Shown: piece by piece, positions 8,879 to 17,537 of the stretch | Position numbering within the stretch: the stretch's first letter is position 1 | Layout: each line of letters opens with the position of its first letter | Assembly (NCBI GenBank): GCA_033764315.1 | Contig: JANRJA010000202.1 | Location: 1-34,477, forward strand | Direction of reading: 5' to 3' | DNA from: Oculatellaceae cyanobacterium bins.114 | Lineage (GTDB): Bacteria > Cyanobacteriota > Cyanobacteriia > Elainellales > Elainellaceae | Length of the DNA stretch: 34,477 nucleotides | The notes under the pieces: model-generated | The model's input: only the letters and a program-made list of their open reading frames with translations | Database searches by the model: none | What the model was told of the DNA's origin: nothing | Position numbers and translations under genes: made by a program

Positions 8879-10123
8879 CTACGTGAGAGATTCCAAATAG
8901 TCACGAACCCGGTTGCGTCGTTTGGGTTGGCGCAGCTTTTGCAACGCCTTAGCTTCGATTTGGCGAACCCGTTCGCGGGAGAGATCTAAGGCACGTCCAA
9001 TTTCAGCTAACGAGTAAGGATGCCCATCGCCCAGGCCAAAACGCATCCGAATCACATCTCTTTCGCGGCTCGTCAAATCGGTCAGCAATTGCTGCAAATC
9101 ACGATGAAGAGCTTCACGCATCAGCATTTCTTCAGGCGAAATGCCATCGGTTTCTAGAAGCTCACCCAACTCGGTGTCGCGCTCTTTCCCGACTTTAGTT
9201 TCTAGAGAAACAGCCCGAGGAACTCGTAAGAGCACTTCTCTCACTTGAGGGGGTGTCATATCGAGTTCAGTAGCAATGTCTTCAATGCTAGCGGTGCGTC
9301 CTTTTTCTTGTGAAATTTTGCGCTGCGCTTTTTTGATCTTGTTGAGCTTTTCAGTGATGTGAACTGGCAAGCGAATCGTGCGGCTTTGGGTGGCGATCGC
9401 CCGTGTGATTCCTTGACGAATCCACCAGTAAGCATAGGTACTAAATCGATAGCCTTTGGTGGGGTCAAATTTTTCAACGGCTCGTTCTAAGCCCAGCGTT
9501 CCTTCTTGGATCAGATCGAGCAGTTCTAATCCACGGTTTTGATATTTTTTAGCAACAGAGACGACTAGACGCAGGTTGGCTTTGATCATGTGATCTTTAG
9601 CCGCAGTCCCCTCAGATTGAATCTGCTCTAGCTCTTCTACCGTGATTTGGGTTAACTCTGCCCATCTCCGCTTTCCTTCTGCCAGGATGGGTTTGAGGTC
9701 TGTAACAGCAACCTCTGCTTCGGTTGCCCACCGTTCTAAAGAGGGGCGATGGCCTAGATTGGAGGCGAGCCGATCGTGTGCATCGATTAAGCGTACATAC
9801 GGTTGCATGACCGTATCTCCAGCATTGGCAGCAACTTTACAAGCGTCGAGTAATCGCATGTATCGTTGAACTCGCTGAGCTTCGGAAACTTCCTCATCTC
9901 GTCCTAATAGGCGAACCCGTCCAATTTCCTGAAGATAGAGCCTCACTAAATCAGTAGTGCGACGACCTGCCCCTTTGCCTAAAGTATTGGCATATTCCAT
10001 TTCAAGGTTTACGAGATCATCCTCAATACTCTCGGCGTCAATCTCCACAGATTCGGGCTGAAAGTTTAGGGCACTAGAGGATTCATCGTATTCGGCGTCA
10101 ACAAAAAAGGGTTTGACTGGCAT
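8879..10123 (-). CDS. sigC: Group 2 RNA polymerase sigma factor SigC
   Basis: DLVRLYLQEIG (region 1.2), ANLRLVVSVAKKYQNRG, RFSTYAYWWIRQGITR and SRERVRQIE. The RRTTDLV and GRDEEVSEA segments plus the position next to furA point to SigC. Confidence 0.92.
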   Translation of the reverse strand: MPVKPFFVDAEYDESSSALNFQPESVEIDAESIEDDLVNLEMEYANTLGKGAGRRTTDLVRLYLQEIGRVRLLGRDEEVSEAQRVQRYMRLLDACKVAANAGDTVMQPYVRLIDAHDRLASNLGHRPSLERWATEAEVAVTDLKPILAEGKRRWAELTQITVEELEQIQSEGTAAKDHMIKANLRLVVSVAKKYQNRGLELLDLIQEGTLGLERAVEKFDPTKGYRFSTYAYWWIRQGITRAIATQSRTIRLPVHITEKLNKIKKAQRKISQEKGRTASIEDIATELDMTPPQVREVLLRVPRAVSLETKVGKERDTELGELLETDGISPEEMLMREALHRDLQQLLTDLTSRERDVIRMRFGLGDGHPYSLAEIGRALDLSRERVRQIEAKALQKLRQPKRRNRVRDYLESLT

Positions 10124-10180
10124 AGTGTATCGTCTCAGTTGCTCCGGGTATAAGGGGCTGTACTACTACTGCTTACCGTT

Positions 10181-10189
10181 AGTGTTCCC
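10181..10189 (-). promoter_or_regulatory. J-box-like -10 element (GGGAACACT) upstream of sigC
   Basis: Minus strand reads GGGAACACT, one mismatch from the SigJ J-box GGGAATACT, ending 57 nt before the sigC ATG. Confidence 0.55.
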
Positions 10190-10459
10190 GCAATTCAGGA
10201 CTAAGTAATCAAGACTCAGTAACAATCTTGGCGGTTCCAGCCTGAATCCTTGTACGATGCACCCCAGTAAAATTAGCACTGGGAATAACTTTCGGGGTCA
10301 GTATCTGTTGTTTACAACCCAGCGTCAACACATGACTTCGGGTTAGATGCTTGGGTAGCTACATTACTTGTAGCGTTAATTCCCGAATCGTTATTTGAAT
10401 GTTGTTGGTTTCTGCATTAAGTTGCAATAAAGTTTTGAAAGACACCGATAGCCTTGATT

Positions 10460-11068
10460 TTATTGAGCAATGGGTTGCTTCATGGCATTGAGCAGGGCAG
10501 ACAAGGCTTTGTCTTCAGAGGGGTTAACCTGACGGTCGAGGAGGGCAAGGCTAACCGCTTTAGGTAGGGCGATCGCGGCTACATCGGCGTCTAGCCCCAT
10601 CAAGAGTTGATCGAGTGATTGAGGAACTTTGAGGGCAGATTTGATGCCCAACTGGGTTGGCTCATCAAACCCCAACTCGATCAGTTGAGGATGCAAGATC
10701 TCCCAAGACGGCACTCCCTGGGGATGACCCGCTTGAATCACATAAGCGAGTAGACGCTGAAGTTTGGTTTGTTGTGGTGATGGAGTGGCGATAGATTCTG
10801 GGTGAGCAGCGTGTTCCCAAGTGCGAGTGCGATCGAGATTGTTGAGAATTTGTTGCCAGTCATCGGCGTCGCAGGCTTCGGGTTTGCCCACTGTTAATGT
10901 CACATGAATTTGACTGGAGGTAGCATCTAACTGTGTGACCTGAGCTTGAACACCCAAAAAGCCTAACCATTGGGCAATGGTATTCACCAAGGTGGAGCGA
11001 GTGGCTTGGCTATTTGCCAGTAGGCGAATTTGGGTGCGAACCATCGGACGCACAATTTGTGAAAGCAT
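10460..11068 (-). CDS. Hypothetical protein
   Basis: Long ORF filling the space between sigC and ilvN. Likely ATG at 11068 (MLSQIVRPM). No family recognised with certainty. Confidence 0.75.
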   Translation of the reverse strand: MLSQIVRPMVRTQIRLLANSQATRSTLVNTIAQWLGFLGVQAQVTQLDATSSQIHVTLTVGKPEACDADDWQQILNNLDRTRTWEHAAHPESIATPSPQQTKLQRLLAYVIQAGHPQGVPSWEILHPQLIELGFDEPTQLGIKSALKVPQSLDQLLMGLDADVAAIALPKAVSLALLDRQVNPSEDKALSALLNAMKQPIAQ

Positions 11069-11197
11069 GATGTTCCAGTGATGACGCGCAAGGGTATTCT
11101 CACTAGAATAACGAATCATTCAAGAGCGATCGAGGGTGTTATTAGAAAAGATTAGAGATTGATGGCAATCAGCCCGTCTCAGGGGGCGATCGCCTCA

Positions 11198-11240
11198 TGA
11201 TGTGATGATGTGATGACGAGACGGTGAGATGTGACGGAAT
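11198..11240. repeat. Degenerate short tandem repeat (ATGATGTG-type 8-mers)
   Basis: ATGATGTG ATGATGTG ATGACGAG ACGGTGAG ATGTGACG. A related tract lies reverse-complemented at about 32917-32941. Confidence 0.55.
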
Positions 11241-11301
11241 GAAGAGATGACCCTTGAACGCTCTGTTTCTCTGACTCTCCCAACCTTTGCCATCTGACTG
11301 A

Positions 11302-11820
11302 CTAAACTTTGACTTCTAAGGATTTGAGATATTCAGTATTAACACCCGATTCACGGACAAGAGAGATCTTGCCAGTGCGGGCGATTTCTCGAATGCCAAA
11401 GCGATTGAGCACTTGAACGATCGCCACCATCTTACCGGGGTCGCCAACCACTTCTAACGTGAGCGAATCTTCTGCGACATCAACGACCCGCGCTCGAAAG
11501 ATCTGAGCCAATTCAACGATTTCAGAGCGAGTTGAGCTGGTGGCATTGACTTTTAATAACATTAGCTCCCGCTCGACGCAAGGAACATCAGAAATGTCTT
11601 GTACTTTGAGAACGTTAATCAGCTTGTAGAGTTGTTTGGTGATTTGTTCAATGGCTCGGTCATCTCCAGGAACCACCATCGTGATGCGAGAGATGCCATC
11701 TTGCTCAGCCGGACCGACCGCCAAACTTTCGATATTAAAGCCACGACGGGCAAACAAACCTGCAATCCGGGTTAAAACGCCTGCTTCATCTTCAACAAGC
11801 ACCGAGAGAGTATGTTTCAT
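11302..11820 (-). CDS. ilvN: Acetolactate synthase small (regulatory) subunit
   Basis: [39 protein letters not shown] domain, ERELMLLKV and EIARTG. Confidence 0.97.
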   Translation of the reverse strand: MKHTLSVLVEDEAGVLTRIAGLFARRGFNIESLAVGPAEQDGISRITMVVPGDDRAIEQITKQLYKLINVLKVQDISDVPCVERELMLLKVNATSSTRSEIVELAQIFRARVVDVAEDSLTLEVVGDPGKMVAIVQVLNRFGIREIARTGKISLVRESGVNTEYLKSLEVKV

Positions 11821-12045
11821 AGTCAATTAACGTTGTACGGGAGTGGAAACCGGAGTCAGGCGTGTAATTTTGAGCCGTTAAAAAGCTGGGAAATTAGGTA
11901 TCTAAGCTTAAGGTTTGATCTTTGATTTTATCTTGACTGTTCACCATTTCTCGCTGAGTCTGCAATGATTACAAGGAAAAATGTTTTTCCTGAAGGGAAC
12001 TATTAGAGTTGGAATGGTCAGGCAGCGATTTAACCTTTACCTCTC

Positions 12046-14592
12046 TTGAAATTTGTGGATGACTTTTACTGGTTAGACCAAATTCGACCGGCGCATCGCA
12101 GTTGGGTTGGGGATAAAGCGTTTCATCTGGGTTTGTTTAGTCAACGAGGATACCCAGTGATCCCTGGTGTTGTGGTGTCTGCTCCAGCCTTTCGGACATT
12201 TTTGGAAACGATTCAATGGTTAGATCCTCTATTTGCTGATTTACCGAATTCGTCGTTGCACATTGATGTAGACAACCCTCGTCAGTTGCAGGCGATCGCC
12301 CAGCAAATTCGCCAGGGGATCATAGATACCCCGATCGCTGAGGCTTGGTTGACAACGTTTAGAAGCGTGATGGAAACCTGGCAGGCTAAAGCCGTGATCT
12401 TGCGTCCCTCTATCAGTGTGAGGTCCGATGTTGTTGTTCGGATGGGGGCCATTACTGGGTTACTGCAATCTCAGGTCTGTTGTGCAGAACCAGAGGCGAT
12501 CGCACAGGGGTTGCGACAGGTCTGGAGTGAGTTATTTCAGGCTAAAAGTCTGTTGTACTGGCAAAGATTGGGCATTCAATTGCAGCAGGTTAACTTAGCG
12601 GTGTTAATCCAACCGATCAGACCAGCGATCGCCTCTGGCACCTTGAGTAGCGACGCCACTGGGGTTGAGGTGCAGTCTATATGGGGGTTGGGCAAGGCAC
12701 TGGTTGAGGGAATTGTGGCAGCGGATGTTTACCAGACGGATCTGCAAACTGGAGCCTTGCGTCTGTCTAGGTTGGGGACAAAGCGATATGCCTATGGTGT
12801 CGAGTCGATTGACCCAATCTCAGTTATGGATGGAGCCGCGTTATCGGTATCTCGATCAGAGGAGTGCCTGAAGATTTATCCCGTTAGTGCAACCTATCAG
12901 AATCAAGCCACTTTGAGCGATCGCCAACTGCAACATCTACTGCAAGTAGCTCAACGACTGGTTCAAGATTGGGGGCAACCGATTGGTTTAGAGTGGGTGT
13001 TTTGCCAGCCAACAGTGGGGTCAGAACCAGTGCTATATCTGACTCAGATCAATCCCTGTCCGTTGCAAAAACATCCATCCACCACACCTGTTAATACATC
13101 TTCTCTCGCTCGCGCGATCGCCCCCTTGCAGGAAGAGTTGTTATCTCAGAAACATCTCACGCCTCATGTCTCTCCCACTGAGTTGGGTGGATTGGCGGCT
13201 TCGGGAGGGCAAGTGTTGGCACAAGCCTGGGTGGTGGATAATGAACAACCCTTGACTAGCATTCCGGCCAGCACTGTATTGATTGCATCTCACATTCAAC
13301 CTCAATGGGCTACCATCTTGAAGCACTGTGCGGCGATTGTGACACAGCAAGGAGGCGTGACCAGTCATGGAGCCATCTTGGCAAGAGAAATCGGGATTCC
13401 AGCGGTTGTTGGAGTGATCGATGTGATGAACCAGATTCAATCGGGGGATTTTGTCTTTGTAGATGGCAATCGGGGTAAGGTGTATCGGGTGAATGCGTTG
13501 GATGTAGCCACTTTTGCTATTCCTACACCTTCAATCTCTACACCTTCAATCTCTACACGTTCAGTGCCTGCAACGTCGGTGCCTGCAACGTCAGTGCCCA
13601 CAACGACTGTCTCGGAGGCTCCCTCATCTGTCACCCCCTCATCTCACGGATCACCTCAGGTGCCCACATCGATCGCCACACAACTCATGGTGAATCTGAG
13701 CCAACCTCATTTATTACCCCAAGTCGCAGCCCTGTCAGTCGATGGGGTAGGGTTACTGCGGTCAGAATTAATGTTGCAAGACATTTTGAGGGAATCTCCC
13801 CAGTTGTGGTTGTCAAAGCACCCCGATGAGGAATTGGTTGAGCAATTGAGCCAACAGATTCAATTATTTGCTCAGGCATTTGCACCACGCCCAATCTTTT
13901 ATCGTTCCTTAGACTTGCGATCGCACGAAACAGGCATAGATACTAGTCATGCGCTCATTGAACCCAACCCCACATTAGGGTTGCACGGAGCGTTGAGCTA
14001 TCAGACTAACCCGGCCTTGTTTGAGATAGAACTGGCGGCACTGCGACGAGTGCAACACCTGGGATATGACAATTTGCGGTTGATTTTACCGTTTGTGCGT
14101 ACGGTAGAAGAATTTGAGTTTTGTCGCGATCGCGTTATTCAAGCCCACTTAACGCAAAATTCTCACTTTCAACTGTGGATCATGGCAGAGGTGCCGTCGG
14201 TGTTGTTTTTGATTCCTGATTACGTCAAAGCTGGAGTTCAAGGCATCTCAATTGGCAGCAACGACTTAACCCAACTCCTGTTAGCGGTCGATCGCGATCA
14301 TCCTCATATGACCGCGGCCTTTAACCAATGTCATCCGGCTATCGTTCGAGCCATGCAACACCTGGTTCAAGCGGCAAGACAAGCGGGCATTCCCTGCTCT
14401 ATTTGTGGTCAGGCTCCTGTTCAATATCCTGAGTTAATCGAGCAATTAGTAGAGTGGGGAATGACTGCCATTTCAGTTAGCCCTGACGCAGTAGACAGCA
14501 CCCGGCGTGCGATCGCTCAGGCTGAAGGCAAGCTGCTATTTAACAAAATGCAGTCAGAGCGAACCACACAAAACGTTGAGAAACAGAGGTAA
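12046..14592 (+). CDS. PEP synthase (PpsA)-like PEP-utilising protein with degenerate N-terminal domain
   Basis: Phosphohistidine motif GGVTSHGAILAREIGIPAVVG. C-terminal GVGLLRSE, MAEVPS, ISIGSNDLTQ and CSICGQ motifs. PPDK_N-like N-terminus. TTG start. Confidence 0.88.
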   Translation: MKFVDDFYWLDQIRPAHRSWVGDKAFHLGLFSQRGYPVIPGVVVSAPAFRTFLETIQWLDPLFADLPNSSLHIDVDNPRQLQAIAQQIRQGIIDTPIAEAWLTTFRSVMETWQAKAVILRPSISVRSDVVVRMGAITGLLQSQVCCAEPEAIAQGLRQVWSELFQAKSLLYWQRLGIQLQQVNLAVLIQPIRPAIASGTLSSDATGVEVQSIWGLGKALVEGIVAADVYQTDLQTGALRLSRLGTKRYAYGVESIDPISVMDGAALSVSRSEECLKIYPVSATYQNQATLSDRQLQHLLQVAQRLVQDWGQPIGLEWVFCQPTVGSEPVLYLTQINPCPLQKHPSTTPVNTSSLARAIAPLQEELLSQKHLTPHVSPTELGGLAASGGQVLAQAWVVDNEQPLTSIPASTVLIASHIQPQWATILKHCAAIVTQQGGVTSHGAILAREIGIPAVVGVIDVMNQIQSGDFVFVDGNRGKVYRVNALDVATFAIPTPSISTPSISTRSVPATSVPATSVPTTTVSEAPSSVTPSSHGSPQVPTSIATQLMVNLSQPHLLPQVAALSVDGVGLLRSELMLQDILRESPQLWLSKHPDEELVEQLSQQIQLFAQAFAPRPIFYRSLDLRSHETGIDTSHALIEPNPTLGLHGALSYQTNPALFEIELAALRRVQHLGYDNLRLILPFVRTVEEFEFCRDRVIQAHLTQNSHFQLWIMAEVPSVLFLIPDYVKAGVQGISIGSNDLTQLLLAVDRDHPHMTAAFNQCHPAIVRAMQHLVQAARQAGIPCSICGQAPVQYPELIEQLVEWGMTAISVSPDAVDSTRRAIAQAEGKLLFNKMQSERTTQNVEKQR
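13523..13605 (+). repeat. In-frame 15-bp tandem repeats in the linker of the PEP-utilising gene
   Basis: CTACACCTTCAATCT x2, then TC(A/G)GTGCC(TG/CA)CAACG x3, encoding TPSIS and SVPAT units. Confidence 0.9.
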
Positions 14593-14617
14593 TTGGGTCA
14601 GGAGGTTGAGCTAATTA

Positions 14618-14812
14618 ACCTGAGTTTTGGATAAGGATTTTGGCGGTTAAAACCGCTGACTTCGGCGTGAATTCAGACGTTCGGCGAAGCTCAGTCGAGC
14701 CATCAAACGCTATACGAGCAAAACCGACCTGCGTCAGTTCAGTAAACCTTTGATTTTGCCAGTCCGCGAAGGCGGACTTCGCTCTGGTAGCCGCGAATTC
14801 ATTCGCTAGGCT
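14618..14812. repeat. Composite palindromic dispersed repeat (REP/MITE-like) between convergent genes
   Basis: Successive hairpins GCGGTT-aa-AACCGC, AACCGAC-ctgc-GTCAGTT, AGTCCGC-gaag-GCGGACT and GCGAAT-tc-ATTCGC. The 5' part matches 959-995. Confidence 0.8.
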
Positions 14813-14882
14813 CTACGGCTATCTACGCATTAAGTACACCATTTATCTCTAACATCTAACATCAGGCAACAAGCAAGGACGA

Positions 14883-16898
14883 TTAAAGCATTTCCCAAAC
14901 TTTAACAGTGCTATCAGAACTGCCACTCACAATCAATTTGCCGTCAGCCCCAACATAAACCGCGTTAACAGAATCTCCATGTCCAGAGATGGTGTCGATC
15001 ACATTACCTGTGCTGAGATCCCAAATTTTAATGGTGGTGTCACTACTGCCGCTGACGAGCATCTTGCCATCGGGTGTAAAGGCGACCGAGTTGACATCGC
15101 GAGTGTGATCACCAAGCGTGCGAATTGCTTCTTTAGTGCGCACATTCCAGAGCTTAATAGCTTTGTCTTTCCCGCCGCTAGCGAGGGTTTGACCATCTGC
15201 ACTAAAGGCCAACGCATTAACTGTGCTGACATGACCGCTCAACAGCCCAACTTGTTCACCTGTTTGCAAACTCCAAAGCTTGATCTTATTGTCAAAGCCA
15301 CCGCTCACTAGGATTTTACCATCAGGGCTAATTGCCAAAGACTTGACCATGCTGCCAACACCCAACAGGGTTCGCAGAGAACTACCTGTGCCCATTTGCC
15401 ACAACCGAATCGTGCGGTCTTGTCCGCCACTTGCCACAATCTGTCCGTCAGGGCTGATCACTACTGCATTGACATTACGGGAGTGACCCGTCATCGTTCG
15501 CATCAAAACTCCGTTTTGTAAGTTCCAGGTTTTGAGGGTGTAGTCATCACTGCCGCTAGTTAAGGCTTTGCCACTAGGACTAATGGCGATCGCATTCACG
15601 GCTTTGGTATGTCCTACCAGACTATATAACAGCTCTCCATTCAGCAAATTCCAGACCTTAACTGTATCGTCTAAGCTACTGCTAACGAGCACCTGCCCAC
15701 CAGGACTAATTTCTACGGCTGTCACCCAACTACTGTGACCCGTCAGCGTTTTGGCACACCTCCAATGCAATGACTGTGGGCCAGTAGCTAGCCTTGATAT
15801 AGGTTTAGCCGACGGACCAGAGGCAGGAGGGCGAGATGGCGGCGGGGGTGGGGTTGGAACGGGAGGAGCAGGTCTCGCACTCGATGTTGAGGGTGCTGGA
15901 GGACGAGACACTGGAGGAGTTGTCATCCTAGCAACTGATGGAGCCGGAATGGGAGGTCTTGAAACAGGAGTGGCTTCCGGCACCTTAGGAGTTCGAGGAG
16001 AGGGAATGAAAGAATCTGCGTTTAAGTCACGCATCACCTCATCCGCCGATTGATAGCGTTCTGCCACCAAGTCTTTCAACATATTGTCTAGGATGTATGC
16101 CAGTTGGTCACTGACCACCCTACCCATATCTCCTAAATATTCACGCCAAATCCAGCGTCCATTGAGCGGATCGTATAAATTATCTGGCTTTGCCTGAGTC
16201 ATTAAATGTAGGCATGTTGCCCCTAAGCTGTAAATGTCGCTAGCGGGATAGGCTCTGCCGCCTCGAAACTGTTCCATCGGGGCATACCCCTCAGTGCCAA
16301 TGCGAGTGCCAGGTTCAGCTGCCGTCTCTGCATTGACCTGTTTGGCAACTCCAAAGTCGATGAGGACTAAACGCCCGTCAGGACGCCGCAAAATATTGGA
16401 GGGAGTAATATCCCGGTGGATCACTTGCTTATTGTGAACAAATCGCAGAACAGGCAACACATCTGCCAACACATCCCGGATTTTGCGTTCATCAAAGGGA
16501 CCGTCTTGCTTCATCGCTTGCAATAAACTCTGCCCTTCGATGTATTGCTGCACCAGGTAAAGGTATTGGTCTTGCTCAAAATAGGCAAGCAGCGTTGGGA
16601 TTTGAGGATGCTCTCCCAACTCATATAACCGAACTGCCTCTTGAACAAACAAGGCAACTGCTTTTTCTAAAGACTTGGTACCTTGAATTTGCGGCGCAAA
16701 TTGCTTGATGACGCAATAGGTTCCTAAACGATCTTCATCTAATGCCAGATAAGTTCTGCCAAACCCTCCTTGCCCCAACGGTTGAGTAGCACGATAACGC
16801 CCACGAAGGGGTTTGAGTGACCAACCACAACTTAAACACACGGTTGCATCATCGGCATTTTGAGGCTTGTGGCAATGAGGGTTAAGACAACAAATCAT
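14883..16898 (-). CDS. Ser/Thr protein kinase with N-terminal 4-Cys motif, Pro-rich linker and WD40 propeller
   Basis: CCLNPHC...CLSCG, GQGGFG, VIKQ, HRDITPSN, DFG and GYAPMEQ, followed by seven GH/DH...W WD40 repeats. Likely ATG at 16898. Confidence 0.93.
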   Translation of the reverse strand: MICCLNPHCHKPQNADDATVCLSCGWSLKPLRGRYRATQPLGQGGFGRTYLALDEDRLGTYCVIKQFAPQIQGTKSLEKAVALFVQEAVRLYELGEHPQIPTLLAYFEQDQYLYLVQQYIEGQSLLQAMKQDGPFDERKIRDVLADVLPVLRFVHNKQVIHRDITPSNILRRPDGRLVLIDFGVAKQVNAETAAEPGTRIGTEGYAPMEQFRGGRAYPASDIYSLGATCLHLMTQAKPDNLYDPLNGRWIWREYLGDMGRVVSDQLAYILDNMLKDLVAERYQSADEVMRDLNADSFIPSPRTPKVPEATPVSRPPIPAPSVARMTTPPVSRPPAPSTSSARPAPPVPTPPPPPSRPPASGPSAKPISRLATGPQSLHWRCAKTLTGHSSWVTAVEISPGGQVLVSSSLDDTVKVWNLLNGELLYSLVGHTKAVNAIAISPSGKALTSGSDDYTLKTWNLQNGVLMRTMTGHSRNVNAVVISPDGQIVASGGQDRTIRLWQMGTGSSLRTLLGVGSMVKSLAISPDGKILVSGGFDNKIKLWSLQTGEQVGLLSGHVSTVNALAFSADGQTLASGGKDKAIKLWNVRTKEAIRTLGDHTRDVNSVAFTPDGKMLVSGSSDTTIKIWDLSTGNVIDTISGHGDSVNAVYVGADGKLIVSGSSDSTVKVWEML

Positions 16899-17079
16899 GG
16901 TAGGTCGCACAACTGCCAGTATTTTAATTTTCACCCTGTTTGGCAATTTTGCTGCCATAAACATGGGTCATCTAGATCAAACTTATAAATCCGACGGCTA
17001 AAGCTTTGAGCGGCAGCCGACCCAAAAACTATAAATAGAACACTTATGTAAAGCCCCTCGATCTGAATTAACTGACCCT

Positions 17080-17180
17080 ATGTGCGACTATTGCAGATCC
17101 CCAGTTTCTAGAGATGTAACTAGGCACTTTTCGGTCAGCTCCAACGAGAAACTGGGGATCTAAACCCCTAAATTGCACAT
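17080..17180. repeat. Nested inverted-repeat element (MITE-like)
   Basis: Perfect 15-bp IR AGATCCCCAGTTTCT (17095-17109) / AGAAACTGGGGATCT (17147-17161), plus outer imperfect IR ATGTGCGA / TTGCACAT. Confidence 0.8.
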
Positions 17181-17537
17181 CGCGTTAACTGTGCGTTAAC
17201 TGTCTCCAATCACGAAAGATTGTGTTCTGATTCATAAGGAACAAAATCAGTATTTAAGCCCAGGCTTGAAGGGGAATGAGGTGTTTGGATAAACATCTCT
17301 AGAAAAATACAGAGGTGGAGTGTGCTGACTGAATACATCGCTTGTAACAGCGAATGTTGGTCTGATTTAACTCACAACCTCCATTTAAGATGGGGTAATA
17401 AAAATCACGAGTTAATCTTTTGGCTATCCATGCTTGCTCCCGAATGGGAGACGCAGATAAATAGTTACTTCAAATTTTAGATGGAATTTACAAAGTTGAG
17501 TTGGAATTTGCTGATGTTACAGTTGGTTGCGATCGCT

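Noticed and set aside
10356..10368. Possible NtcA site upstream of sigC
   Set aside because: Spacing is GTA-N7-TAC, and the other candidate at 10301 is N9. Neither is the canonical N8.
17425..17460. CTCCC-GAAT-GGGAGACGCA resembling the P2 arm of a c-di-GMP-I riboswitch
   Set aside because: Lacks the GCAAA lead-in and the second conserved stem, and lies antisense to both flanking genes.
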